DNA of 59,554 bases, counting the filler, from Sphacelaria rigidula (lineage: Eukaryota), in assembly GCA_964200075.2 (NCBI GenBank). It is 10 parts of 10 records of this genome, joined end to end, with 100 filler letters (N's around TTAATTAATTAA, not from the genome) between each part and the next. Parts side by side here need not be neighbours in the genome. Positions count along the whole stretch, not along the records: positions 1 to 5,866 come from CAXNAA020023868.1; positions 5,967 to 11,832 come from CAXNAA020023869.1; positions 11,933 to 17,798 come from CAXNAA020023870.1; 7 more parts are not named here. One strand, given 5' to 3'. The position numbers were made by a program, and so were the translations under genes. The notes below the pieces were generated by a model. That model was not told the DNA's origin. It did no database searches and worked only from the letters and a program-made list of their open reading frames with translations. Each line of letters starts with the position of its first letter. Position 1 is the stretch's first letter. Positions 1 through 12,600 of the stretch are shown here, piece after piece.

Positions 1-1570
1 CGCCTGACGAGGCGTGCACTCAAACCTCCCAGCGCGCAGCGCCGTGGTGTGTTCGGCGAGTCGCATGAAGGGTGAGCTGCATCCTGCTAAGATTCTTCGG
101 CCCGAAGCTTACTGATTCATCTTGCATTTGGATCACAGCCAACAATGAGTTGCTCTATTCTTTGGTACCGCCACTTTCAGACGAGAGGGGGGGGGGGGGG
201 GGTAGGGGGCATTCAATATGCCCCCCTCCTTCCAGGAGTCGTTTCCCCTTTTATTACCTGTACATGCTTGTAAGGTTGGAGTTAAGATTCACAGTCAGGG
301 TTAGGGCTAGGGCTCTTGTGCAAGGGAGGGAGGGAGAGGGGAGTCGATTCAACGGTGTTAAGCCTTGCATAAGCACTGTTGCCGTTTCCTCGCGTGAACG
401 ACGACACACGTATGCGTGGACCGTTCGTGTGTGGTGATCAGTGTCGCTAATCACCGCTACCATCAACTTATCATCAGAGTGAACATTGCCAGCACCTCGA
501 CATGCGAGATATCAGCCAAGGGTTAGCCCAAGGGCCAACCAGCGAACGATCTTCAATACAGAGGAGGGATGATACGTGTGAACACGCTTCATGTATGGTA
601 CATAATAACCTATAGACGCGCAGATATACAACGAAGTTCAACCATAATGAGCTATCGTACTTCCAAAATGTTTATTTCAAGTAATCATTGCGGTATGAAC
701 ATTTGTATGTATATTCATGTACATGCATCATTTCACATTTTTCACCATTTTTGCCAAGATTTCTGCGGCAACAAGGCATTTTTTCCCGCGCTTTCTTTTG
801 CAGCGCACTGAGAAGGCTCAGCGGTACATTACCGTTCAGGTTTGGGTGTCATCTGATACCTGTGGCGCGTGCTCTGGCCACCGAAAGTCGCTCAAACTGG
901 CCCTTTGTCGCGGGTGTCGATCCCGAACCACAAGAGCCTTTCCAAGATCATGGAAAACTTGAAACAATAACCCGAACCAAAAACAAATCCTGTTTCAGGT
1001 GTTTCTTCCCCGTGTTTCTCTTGTCGCAATCTCGTTCATTTGAGAGCACGAACACACCGGTTATGCCGCCGATGTCACGAGAACATGAGAGCAACGCAGT
1101 TGAAAACAATTGATCATTGCCTTGGCCCTAGTCAGCAGCAAACACAAGACCGTACAATCGGCCGTTGGCGAGTTGAACAAGGCACAGCAGCACGGCAGCA
1201 TAAGCCTGTTTTACCGCAAAAACAAACACCCTGTTGAAAAAAAAGGCCCGGTGATGTGGAAGCCACAGTGGTGTACAAAGAACACGCCAGGAATATTCCA
1301 CGCATTCCAATTTTTCGGGAGTGCCAATTTCATAAGAAGTTATTTACATGACGACTGAACTTTCTGACGTAAAATGACCCGACGGCCAAAACTCGACTGC
1401 AGTAAAAAATGATGCTGTTTGACATGATCAAAATGATTAATCGAAAAAATACAAATCAATGTACCCCGTCGGGGCAAATTTTACCCCCCGACCCCACCCA
1501 CCTCCCCCCCCTGCTACAGCGGGAAAACCACCGTGCGAACATGGAGAGTAAACACCTCTCTGTACCTCAC

Positions 1571-1819
1571 CCTGGACACCATCTCTTTGGCGTACTTCCA
1601 CAGCGCTCGATAGTAGCGCGCCTTTCGTCGTGCGTTTTCGTCCAAGACGGGGGCACCAGCAGTGAAGGAGCTTCCAGCGCCGCCGTTGGTGGGGCGCGGG
1701 GCGGGATCGGGGTGAGCCAAGGCTGCGACGGGGCGCGTGGCCGCTACAACCAGGGCCCGAGAGCGGTCTTTGAATAAGGAGGTCCATCGCAGCAGGTATT
1801 CCAGATGGTCGTCCGTGGC
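1571..1819 (-). CDS. Internal exon (83 aa) of an uncharacterised protein
   Basis: Acceptor ataccag|GCC and donor AGG|gtgagg; 249 bp, phase 0-0, GC-rich, open: ATDDHLEYLLRWTSLFKDRSRAL...RALWKYAKEMVSR. Confidence 0.7.
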
Positions 1820-3536
1820 CTGGTATTGGTGCGTTTGTGTGCGTGTGCGTGATATTACGTAGTGTACGCAAGTATATACTACACACATCGAGATAGTGTT
1901 GAGTGGATGTGGACCGAACAAAAATAATTTCAAAACTAGCACAAACAACGGTGTTATGAAAATGAAAGAAACAAACAAAAAATGTTGGAAAAAAAAAAAA
2001 CAGGCATCGAAAAAAGGACAAGAAAAAAAAGGTTCTTCATGGACCACTGGCGACCGCGGATGAAAGTGTTGGAACAGAAACAGCTTTATGATCCTAGGAA
2101 GAGTGGCTTTGTCCGTGGGGACTAGATAGTGAGCAAGTTGTTACTCATCGGCAATGACACTTCCCCGATGTTGTTTGAGGGGGGGTCGGAGCTAGGAATT
2201 CCCAGGAGCTTGCTCTCCACGAGAAGACAAATAACGAACCGGAATCAGCAAAAAAGTGAGAATTCAAAAGAACGCGTCAAGAACGCGCACACGGACAATG
2301 AACCAAACAAAGACTATACTAAAATAGTTGAATGAAGAGACAATGCTAAACTGCCCCCATGCACGGGTGGTGGATCACCGTGTAATCGAGGCGCAACATT
2401 ACTTGTCTTTTACACTAGGCCACAGTTGATTATGTACCGCCCCCCCCCCCCCACCCCTTTTTCACCGCGAGGTCAACCGTCTTACGACGACGAAATGCGA
2501 GATCATGAGTACACCTCCCCCTCCCCCCCCTTTTCACCACAGGTATTGTTGATGTCAGTCATCATCCATTAATCACCATCGACAGGTCAAAGCCGTTGAA
2601 CACCGCGCATATAGCTCTACGTGAAATTCGGAATTTCACCTTTAGCGACTACTCCCCTCGGCACGGTTGTATCAACTCTCCGTCCTACCCTCGCCCCCCC
2701 CCCCCTCGCCGCCGCTCGCTGCGTCCCTCTCTTCCCCCAAACAGAAATACACATCAAAACCAAGCACAAGAATAAGCTACAATAATAACACTATCTTCTT
2801 CTGACTCTCTTTTGTTATTCGTTTCAACGTTTTGCGTTTTTCATATCCCAACAACTCCGTGATTCGTTCAGCGATGGCTTTCATTCTTCGGAGTAAGGGC
2901 TCTGAACACACCCACATAATCATCTCGGAAACAAGAAGAAAAAACGCAGGTCTTTCGCGCTTTTCTCGACACCAACAACAAACTTAAACACACAAAAAAC
3001 ACACAAACCGTACGGGCGTCGGCGAGTAGTCCGTGAGAAAAGCACGCCATCAATACCACAAGGTTCGCAAACCCAAAGAAAACGAAGCATCGGTTCTGCT
3101 TGGTCATCATCTATTTCCATCAAGCTTTAATTCAGACGGCCTTCCCGCTGCACAGTCGGCGAAACGCGCGCAGTACACATGTCAAGTGTCATCATCCATT
3201 TCTATCAAGCTTCAATGTAAACGCGGCCTTCCTGCTGTACAGTCGGCACAACGCGCTCAATACGCCTGTCAGGCGATGGGATCGCGACCCAATGCATATA
3301 GGGAACATATGCCGAAATAAAGAAAAAACATAATAATAATAAAGGAGATTTCGTTCCCGGCATACTCGTCTACAGCTCCGCGAACCGGGCACGCTGTATC
3401 GAGCTTTGAAATTCGCACTGGGACCTCTCTGACCCATGGTTTCTGTGTTTTCAAGCCCCCACGGGGGAGACAAAAAAAACTACTTTTCCTACTAACCTTT
3501 GAGTGCAGACTACCAACGTTGGGGCAAGGATGACGG

Positions 3537-3618
3537 ATACATACATGCATATACATACTACATACATACTACATACATACATACATACATACATACATAC
3601 ATACATACATACATACAT
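3537..3618. repeat. (CATA)n microsatellite
   Basis: About 20 near-perfect CATA units, read directly. Confidence 0.95.
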
Positions 3619-3694
3619 CATGCCTACACACATTCATACATGCCCGTATATCTTCTCCCGAGGACAAAAGCCACAGGGCTTTGTAATATTTTTA

Positions 3695-4221
3695 CACAGG
3701 CACCGTAGGTAAGGTACCATACCGAGCGTGCCCCCGGTATTTACCGGGGTATCCCATATCGTGGTATGCGTAGGTATCGTATATATGATATTTCAAAATA
3801 TCGGATTGGGCGGGTACGGTAGGTATTGAAATCTCGAAATACCCTAGTATCGTAGGTATCGTAGGTATGACATTTGGAAATATCGGATTGGGCGGGTACG
3901 GTAGGTGGTGAAATCTCGAAATACCCTGGTATCGTAGGTATCGTAGGTATCGTAGGTATGAGGTTTCAAAATACCGGATTGGGCGGGTACGGTAGGTGGT
4001 GAAATCTCGAAATACTCGGGTATCGTAGGTATCGTAGGTATGACATTCGAAATTACCGGATCGGGCGGGTACGGTAGGTATTGAAATCTCGAAATACCCT
4101 GGTATCGCAGGCAGGTATCGTAGGCATGACATTTGAAAATACCGGATTGGGTCGGTATCGGCAGGGTATGAGATGTCCCTAATACCGGTACCGGGTACCT
4201 ACCTTACCTACGGTGCCTGTG
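3695..4221. mobile_element. 527-bp non-autonomous TIR element with internal tandem repeats and 8-bp TSD
   Basis: TIR CACAGGCACCGTAGGTAAGGTA / TACCTTACCTACGGTGCCTGTG. Perfect TSD TATTTTTA at 3687-3694 and 4222-4229. Interior is ~70-bp units containing GTATCGTAG sub-repeats. Confidence 0.88.
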
Positions 4222-4326
4222 TATTTTTATATGTGTGAAGCTATTTTTGCAGCTTCTAATTGCGAGACCTTTTCAAATCAACCGACACACACAGACACAC
4301 TGGAATACGACGATACACGCACACAC

Positions 4327-4508
4327 CTGCAAGTCGATGTCGCCGACCGCGAGACGCACGTCGAGAGACTCCACAAGCCCCAACACCTCCGCCGACATGA
4401 CGGCTTTGACCCCGAGCCCGGCGCGACATCTCCTCAGGAGCAGCGACAGGGCCTCCGGAGCCTTTACCGACCGCTCTCGCATTTTGTTCAGGGTCTCCTC
4501 AAGGTTTT
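4327..4508 (-). CDS. Internal exon, probably upstream in the same gene as 1571-1819
   Basis: Acceptor gtccag|AA and donor CAG|gtgtgt; encodes NLEETLNKMRERSVKAPEALSLLLRRCRAGLG...GDIDLQ and ends in phase 0, compatible with the 1571-1819 exon. Confidence 0.65.
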
Positions 4509-4617
4509 CTGGACTTTGTTTTGTTCCCCGTGAAATATACGTTTACGCACGAAACGAAGGATACACAGTGCATGTGCGCAAGTAAGTGACTGAAAAATTG
4601 AAAATATTTAAATGTTT

Positions 4618-4785
4618 CACACCTCGGACAAACATATGGTCAATAGTTGCAAAAGACAAGAAACGTACTGCATAAAGTATAGGCCTATTGCGACTATTGT
4701 CAAGCCGGTAATAGTTGCAATAGGCCTGTACTTTATGCAGTACACTTCTCGCCTATTGCATCTATTGTATATTGTCCAGGGTGTG
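4618..4785. mobile_element. Palindromic MITE (CACACCCTGGA.. family)
   Basis: Ends CACACCTCGGACAA / TTGTCCAGGGTGTG. Flanks AAATGTTT and AAATATTT form an 8-bp TSD with one mismatch. Interior is largely self-complementary. Confidence 0.8.
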
Positions 4786-5005
4786 AAATATTTTGACTTC
4801 ATGTGCATCAGCATCAGACCGTGACTACCGTCACCTACCTAGGCTTTTACTTATTGTGTTATTAAAAGCACGGTTTTACGAAATAGCGACCCAACATTAT
4901 TTTCAAGATAAACGAACTCTTCAAAAACCGTGCTAGCATGATAAGTGAAAGCCTACCGTTACCCCCGCAGCCCATCATCGCTTTGCATCGGCTTTCTCTT
5001 CTTAA

Positions 5006-5254
5006 CCCTTCTGGAACTGTTGATGGAAAAGTTACGATTTACAACCTCCCATATGCGAGCTTTGGTCTCCGGAAAAACGTCACTTCGAGTTCGGTGTACG
5101 AATCTGTCAGATTGGTATACTTGAACTTAGAGTGGTGCACCGTTTTGGTGGGCGGCATCATCAATCAACACTTGCAGAAAAAACAACCATAATATCTTGC
5201 CCAAGAAAACGTCAGTTGTAAATCGTCACTTTTCCATCAACGGTTCCAAAAGGG
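5006..5254. mobile_element. piggyBac-like MITE (249 bp, ~40-bp TIR)
   Basis: TTAA|CCCTTCTGGAACTGTTGATGGAAAAGTTACGATTTACAAC ... GTTGTAAATCGTCACTTTTCCATCAACGGTTCCAAAAGGG|TTGA. CCC/GGG ends with a TTAA target are typical of piggyBac. Confidence 0.8.
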
Positions 5255-5866
5255 TTGACTCATGTTATCAAGCTTCCCACGATGGAAACCCATTACCACA
5301 CTCGCTACCGTTGGGATTCAAACCCAACACTCTGCACAAAACTGGTTAATGGTGAATCAGGGCTTACTTATATAAACCGTAATACATGAACACATACTGG
5401 TGTTTATCCGGTTGCGCGCCCAACATAGACCTGTTTATGTACGGGGGTGTACTCATGATCTCGCATGCCCTAGTCATATGGCCATGGACCTGACGTAGGG
5501 GACTGGGCAATCTATCTCTCTTCCCACTTTCCATCCCTTTCTCTTCTCCTCTCGTTTCTTGTCGTTTTCCAGTCTTCACCTGTAGCACTCCTCGTCGCGA
5601 CCGAAGTATGCGGACAGACCGCGAACGCTGGCGAACTTTCCCAGTGACCACGTTGTTTTGGTAGACGCCGAATCGGCATCATTCACGCCGCTGTTGTTAT
5701 CGCTTGCAGCAGAGACCCCAGCCTGTCGCTGCGCTGCATATTAAGATAATATTTTCAGTCACGGTGGGAAAGGGAAGGGGGGGGGGGGGGGAAAATAAAA
5801 AAAAATCTCAAAAAACCCACTCCCCCCCCTTGCTTGCTAAAACTTGCCCAACCTTGAAGATAACAA

Positions 5867-5966
5867 NNNNNNNNNNNNNNNNNNNNNNNNNNNNNNNNNN
5901 NNNNNNNNNNTTAATTAATTAANNNNNNNNNNNNNNNNNNNNNNNNNNNNNNNNNNNNNNNNNNNN
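5867..5966. other. Artificial contig linker (N44-TTAATTAATTAA-N44); first of nine
   Basis: Identical 100-bp linkers at 5867-5966, 11833-11932, 17799-17898, 23765-23864, 29730-29829, 35695-35794, 41660-41759, 47625-47724 and 53590-53689. The core gives stops in all six frames. Intervening contigs are 5866 or 5865 bp, i.e. length-sorted. Confidence 0.98.
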
Positions 5967-6016
5967 GGGGGGGGTGGGGGGGGAAGCAGAGGGCGGGTGG
6001 GAGGAGGGAGGAGGGT

Positions 6017-6052
<36 letters not shown>

Positions 6053-9000
6053 AGAGAGATGCTCCCATGAATTTGACACGGTTTTCGTTTTAACTCCCGT
6101 GACCGATGAAGCTCAAGCTGGTTCAAAAAACTTGCAGCGATATATCTCTATATATTTTTCTTGTCGTCACACTTGGGCGGACGTATATTCAGCTTGGCTT
6201 TTCCAGTGCTGATTCGTTTCTTAACCGGGGGCACCATTTGGTGAGAAATGTGATGGTTTCGAGGGCTTGCTTTCGTGGTATTCGGTACGACACCATGGGC
6301 ATCGCAGCTACTTTTACATCTAAGCAAGCGTAATGTAGGAGAGGGGTGTCCGGTGACCCCTCTCTCGGTCGTGTGTCCTGTGGGGAGCGTCATTTTGGGT
6401 GCTCCGTGCCCCCCCGTAGGCGTTCCATGTATTGTTTGTTCATGCCGTGTTTATTTTGTTGTCAGATATATGTATTTAGCGGGAGAGCAATTCTCCATGT
6501 GCTGTCACGACCACTGCGGTGTAGGTCATGCCCTCATCGGCGGCAAAGGAGTTGTGACAGCATTCGTTGTTGCTTTCGGGCCGTGTGCTGTATCGAGGTC
6601 GAATCAGGGGAAACTCGTCAATTGCCACGTTGTTCACGTGATACGCTTGCCCTTCGATTACCCCAACAAGGGAGGCCCTGTTGCTTTTCATGAAGCGCTC
6701 TCGCGTGCGCATGCATAGTGCCTTGGTCCTTTCCCACTCCATCAAACCATGGTGTGAGCATTGAGCAATACTCGATATCAACGACACACTTCGTGGATGG
6801 CGTCGGATATTCATGGGTCGAAAAGGATCTACATATTTGGTTGTATATTTGTGGTGTATGTGAGTTGTTCGATGGTAGGCTGTTTGTCGTTTCTGTGGTG
6901 TTTTAGTTTTTGGTGCAAACGTGCGCAGTAAATAACGGGCAGGGGTGACATGGAGCAGAAGGGGTCTTTATCGTATTGTCAGTGTTCCTGTGTGTTTTCC
7001 GCGTTAATCGTTTTTTGTTTGTTTATTTTAATTCCAGATTTTCCTCTTTTGTTTGAATGTTTCACGACATTCCTCGGGAGAAAATCAGGTTTTTTTGTCA
7101 CCCTTGATTGATAGAAGTCTTCTAGATACGAATTGTGTGGGTTATGCGGAAACATCCGTCGTGCAGTTCCCCCCCCCTATTGCAGGGGGGCGGGAGGTGT
7201 TTTCGTACGTACCCCGTGTGGTACATTTTGGGGAGGGGGACAGGACGAGTCACGCGTAGTCGGTGGAAAATAATAGAAGTAGTAGTGCCACCACAGGCGG
7301 GATGTGGTGCAAGCCCCCGGCGCGTTACTGCACCTCCGTTACCCTCGCCATTACCCTAGATTTTTGTGCACCCCCGAGGTGATTCTTGTTTCGGAAACTG
7401 CGGACAAGAATAGGGGCGGTAGTACTGGCGTGAAATGCGTTTCGAAGCAAACAAATTGTCGTCGGGGCAGGTGAGGATTGTGGGCTCGTCCAGTAGGCGC
7501 GGGTGGTTGGTTCTTGAGAGTGAAACAACGTGGTGTGAGTTCCACCACGAGATATGGGAGGTTGCGTTTCATGTTCATGTGCAGGGTTGTTTTTCCGACT
7601 TAATTTTCGTCGGCCTTTATTTTGTGGTACGAATATACAAAGATAATGTATCAGTGGAATTGATCTATGAAATGCAAACGGTTGAATGACTGCCTAGCAT
7701 CGTCTGAAGCTTTCCATTTTCGGGCAGTGGCGCCCAACACAGGCTAAAAAAAACTATATTGCACCGGCGAAAAGCTAACTTCCGCCTGCGAAGCCGCCGG
7801 CAGTTTTTACCGTGGCGGCGGCAAAAATGGGCGAGATATATCTACGCCGAAAAGCGGAGGGATTGCTTTTCCCCACCTGTTTGGCGTCACCGCCGCTGGG
7901 GTGATTTTTGCCATTTTTTTTTGTCTCAAACAAAGTGCACGCACTTCGATTCGATCACACTGCTGCAAAAAACGGCACATGGACTGCTGGAAAATTGTTT
8001 CCGCGGGACCTCGCGGAAGGTTGCCGCCACCGGCGACGGCGCTTCCTGGCGGGGCCGCCAGGGTAGTACTGTAGCTGCCGAAAACTGTATGTACGCCCTA
8101 CCGCGTCGTGGACTACTCGGAACTGTTGCCGAAGCTCTCTCGACCCGAAGTGTTTCAGAGGCTTGTTTGTGAAGAAGCACGCGACATACCCTCTCACCCT
8201 TCTAAAGCCACAAAACAGACGGACACGTTGCATGCATAAATGTAAGCTCGAACAAAAGGAATACTCATACTCGTATACACAGTACCTTGTGGCGATCAAA
8301 GGTTGCGAAGTACTACTGTCTGTGCATGAATGCCTTCTGGCGAGCAACGGTTACGAAGTACTAAACGTTATAAAAACTTATGCAACAGGGTCGCCGCTCT
8401 ATCGCTGGTCCCTCCGGCGCGTCTCGCCCCATATGTACACGCGCGAGTACCCAAGCTCGCTTCGTGGGATACCCGGAGAGCAGCAGCAGAGGACGATTCA
8501 CAGATTACATCTCAGGGGGCTGCGGCGGCGGATACTCGGCTGATGTCCCTCCGAGGTGTGCTGGGAGGATGGACGGATCGAAGTCGGACAGCAGCGATTG
8601 TTGCCTGTGACAGGTGGCGGACGAACGGAGGGAATATCGAGGGGTGGGGCAGGAAGACCTTGACCTTTTCATGACTGCCACACGTGATACTCCTTGGAGA
8701 CATTATACTCCATGCATGAATTGTACAAGTTTGCTGTCATACACGTGGTGCTCATTCTAGGTTGACGTTTCAGCATTATGTCGGGGGGTTTTGTCATCAC
8801 ACACCTTCACAATCCCCTTCTCCTGGCCTTCCTCGGGACGAGTCCGGGGTCTACGGTGACCACCGTACATTTTGGTTTGGTTTCGCGGATTGGATCATGA
8901 CCACCACTCCCGCACCGCGTCGATTCTCTTTAAATGAACTCTTAGCTCCTCACATCCTCACGTTTCGGCGGCGGAAGTCAGACACTTCTTGGAACAAGGA

Positions 9001-9507
9001 CGCAAAATGCATTTGAATCCGAGTTCTCCCGACCTTCTGGCTTCCAGCTGTACAAAATACCGTTAGACCGGCAAGACCCGGCGGCTAACCTCGCAAATTG
9101 AAATACGGAAGATTGCCTTCAAATTTTCAATTCGCCGCCCTTTCACTCCCATCACCTAACGCGGGTCGACGCCGTGCTGTCAATTAAGGGATCAACCCAT
9201 TCATCCTTCCGTCGGTACGAATACACCTTGCATTTTGGTCTTGCGGCTTGATTGAACTATGACCAACACTCCCGTAGCACTTCAAACTCTCCTCAAACAA
9301 ACCCAGTCAAGAACTCTTCTAGTTAGCTCATCACATCCTCACGCTTTAGACGACGGAAATCAGATTCGCACGAGAAGGGGAAAAAAAAGGTCAAAAGAAT
9401 CTGGCGTGAAATCGACAAACCCGCCGTCTGTCTACCCTGACAAGTATCAATTGGTCAATTTTATTTCACACCACCGGGGCGGGGCGGCCAGAGCCCCTAT
9501 AATATTG

Positions 9508-9668
9508 CACACCCTGAATAATTTATGATCAATAGGTGCAATAGATAAGAAATGAACTCGGTAAAGTATAGGTCTATTGCACGCCGTCAATAGTTGCAAT
9601 AGACCTTTACTGTACCCAGTATATTTTTTGTCTGTTGCATCTTTTGACCATATATTGTCCAGGGTGTA
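9508..9668. mobile_element. Palindromic MITE, same family as 4618-4785
   Basis: Ends CACACCCTGAATAAT / ATATTGTCCAGGGTGTA. Perfect 8-bp TSD TAATATTG at 9500-9507 and 9669-9676. Confidence 0.85.
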
Positions 9669-12600
9669 TAATATTGGGGATCCCGCTCTCGCGCGTGGAC
9701 TCTCGAGACGTCGATTACTTTCGTACTCACCACCAATCGTGTGCAACCCAGAAAAAACAGACTACAATAACGACACACCTGTGCTAGTGCGTACAAAATC
9801 CAATTGATTGCTTCAATTGATAGATTGATTGATTGATCGTCGCATATCAACATAAACTGATCTGCGGGGGATCCAGCCGAATTCGAACGATGAACGTGCC
9901 CATGGCGACAAACGGAAACACGCCCTCAAGGATGACAATACATACATGTTACGACTATCGGATTTTCCCCCCTCGTATCATGCACGGGTGCAAAACTACA
10001 GCTGCTACTAAAATTGTTGTAACCTTTTCTTTTTTTTTCGTATTCTTCCATGTTTGTTTGTTTTTCTCCACTTTTTTCTTTGTCTCTATCCTTTGCTACT
10101 CAAGCTCCCTTCGGCAGGTGTTCTCTTCTTTTGTCACTTTGGGGTACGTACGTCTTGGTAACCCAACACTGTACTCATGGCGGGTAAGTTGATGTACAGC
10201 AGTAAAGTAAATCAACCGACACATCATCAATCAATGTCGACGTGACCCAGAGACGAAACGAGTTATCATCAAAACAAGAACCGAATGCAATATACTCCAA
10301 GCATCGTCGTGTTTGAGTTCAAAGCTACCTTTACCAACACAACAAAACGCCCTGTTCCGTACACCAACACCGACACATGAATGCCGCGAGGCGGTGTAGC
10401 CGAGCCTCTGGGTAATCGGCATACTACAACAACCCGTTCGCGAGGTAAGTGTTGGGTGAGGTTTTCCCCTTCCTTCAAGGAAAGCAACAACAACAACAAT
10501 GACAACAACAACACCGACACCGACACCGACACGACAAATGGCTCCTCCGAGCGGAGCGATGCTGCTATCACGCACGCATGGAAGAGGGGGAAAGCCACTC
10601 ACTACAGATACACAGTGACTTCAGGTAACGGCCAAAAATAGAAAGACAACCGTATGAATCCAAGTCCGCGGCCTGATACCAACACTCACCCAGTCGCGAA
10701 CAAAAAATCAGCGGAAAATTACAGCTAAAGTGGCAGGAAACAGCTGCCGCTAATATGTCCTCCTTCCCGGGTTTCCATCAGGGAGTATTTCCGTGTTGCG
10801 TCCACCTTGGATACGTCTATCTTTGTGGAAAATGGCTGGATACCTCGGAGACCAGTCCACGTCCGACAACCAACCAAGCGATCTATCGATCACCAACTCA
10901 CCAGTCTTTCGACAGCAGCAGCACACGCTTTCGCTGACGAGAGTCCACTAGACGAGCGCCGATGATCCACACGAAACGGAATATCCAGCTGGTCGGAGCA
11001 ACGTAGCACCTGCACACGTTGCAGCAAAGGGGTGAATCACCCACGCACAAATGAGGAACAACGGCGAATACAGCAGTTCGCCAGCGAACTCGGGGCGAAT
11101 TTTGTAACCGAGTATTTTTGGCGATTTTTCGCGTGCCACCGCTCATCACAGTGAACGTTTGATCTCAAAATTTTGGGGATCGGGAGACATTGACATCCAC
11201 TCCACATTCCCGAGAAAAAATCATTTCCGCGTTCAATATTAAACGACTCACGGGGTGACGGGTTCTCGGGGTCCTGCGACTACACAGCGCTAGATTCTGA
11301 CTCTTCGGTATTCTTGCTTGCTAGAATCAATCCCGATCGTTCTCGTGAACAACAATATATTTATTATTATTATTATTATTCCCGCAAAAAACTATATACT
11401 GCGTGAGGGTCGACAAACTGCTTTTTTAGTTTGATGACGGTCAATAACACCTTCATGATAAACGAGGTATTTACTCCGTGCCACTCCGGAGACACCAAGT
11501 CGGGGCGAGCACGTCCTGTTTATTTTCCCAATACCTATCGACTCTGGCACGTTCAAGTGCTGAAGAACAATAACACGAGAGGAAATTATCAAGATACAAA
11601 GTTTGCACGAGGACTACATTAGTGTGAGGCACGAGGCTCGGGTCGAGAACCATTTGATTTAATACAGTAAGAGCCAACAAATCCTTGGTCTTGAGTGTGT
11701 GAATAGTCATTTTTCTTGAACCTAGAGTAACTCGAGGTTATTGCAAATCGTGTGGTACCATTTGCCCCTTTCTTCAATCCCTCACCCCCCCCCCCACACA
11801 ACCCCCACCCCCCACCACCACCACCAACAAACNNNNNNNNNNNNNNNNNNNNNNNNNNNNNNNNNNNNNNNNNNNNTTAATTAATTAANNNNNNNNNNNN
11901 NNNNNNNNNNNNNNNNNNNNNNNNNNNNNNNNATGCTGGTCAGGGAGCTCTGCGGGCGCGCCGGCGGCGAGGGGGGGTGGGAGTGGGTCAGGAAGAACCC
12001 TTGTGGCTCGTAGGGTTGATAGGGTATTTGATTTCAGCACGGGACAAGCTAATCCGAAAAGGACATTTCGTACCAGCATTCGGGTAAAAATTGCGGTATG
12101 GCAAGGCCAAAGTCCGACCTCGGGTCACTGACGTTGACACAATGTGCTTGAATGAAGTCTTCGGCATATGCCTCTGACAACCAGCTACAGCAAAGACGTG
12201 ACTAGCTTGAGTGCGTGATTGCCCTTTCTCGGCACCTAGCGGGGGACCTTTGATGATGAATGATCGTTCCTCGAGTATGTGCAGCATCCAGCACATTGGC
12301 CATGAGTTCTTCACGGCATCACTGCAAGCGCTGCCTCCTGAATCGCGGTGTCTTCTGTGCACTCAACGGTTGATTCTTAGTGTTGTACAGGATCAGAACA
12401 GATCACAGTGCCTTCTGCGAGGTCTTCGCAATGACAACTCCTTGTTCAGATTTCACACCTCGGACAGCTCATGAGCTACCCGATTATTATTTCTCAGTAG
12501 TGTAGTGATCCGGATCATGAGCTAGATAATTTGGCTCCTTGCTCCACATGTGCTACGTACAGAGCAGTAGCGTAAAGGTCGCGCTTTGGCTTCTCAGACC

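Noticed and set aside
296..313. Telomeric TTAGGG tract
   Set aside because: Only one exact unit plus two or three degenerate ones.
3720..4195. CRISPR-like repeat, or the 146-aa ORF at 3692-4132
   Set aside because: It is an internal minisatellite of a TIR element; the ORF is a by-product of the repeat.
5911..5922. PacI-like TTAATTAATTAA motif recurring every ~5.97 kb as a biological periodic signal
   Set aside because: It is the core of the artificial linker.
6150..7700. Decayed LINE or other retroelement coding region on the minus strand
   Set aside because: Composition looks coding-like, but all frames have stops and no RT, endonuclease or RNase H motif could be pinned down.
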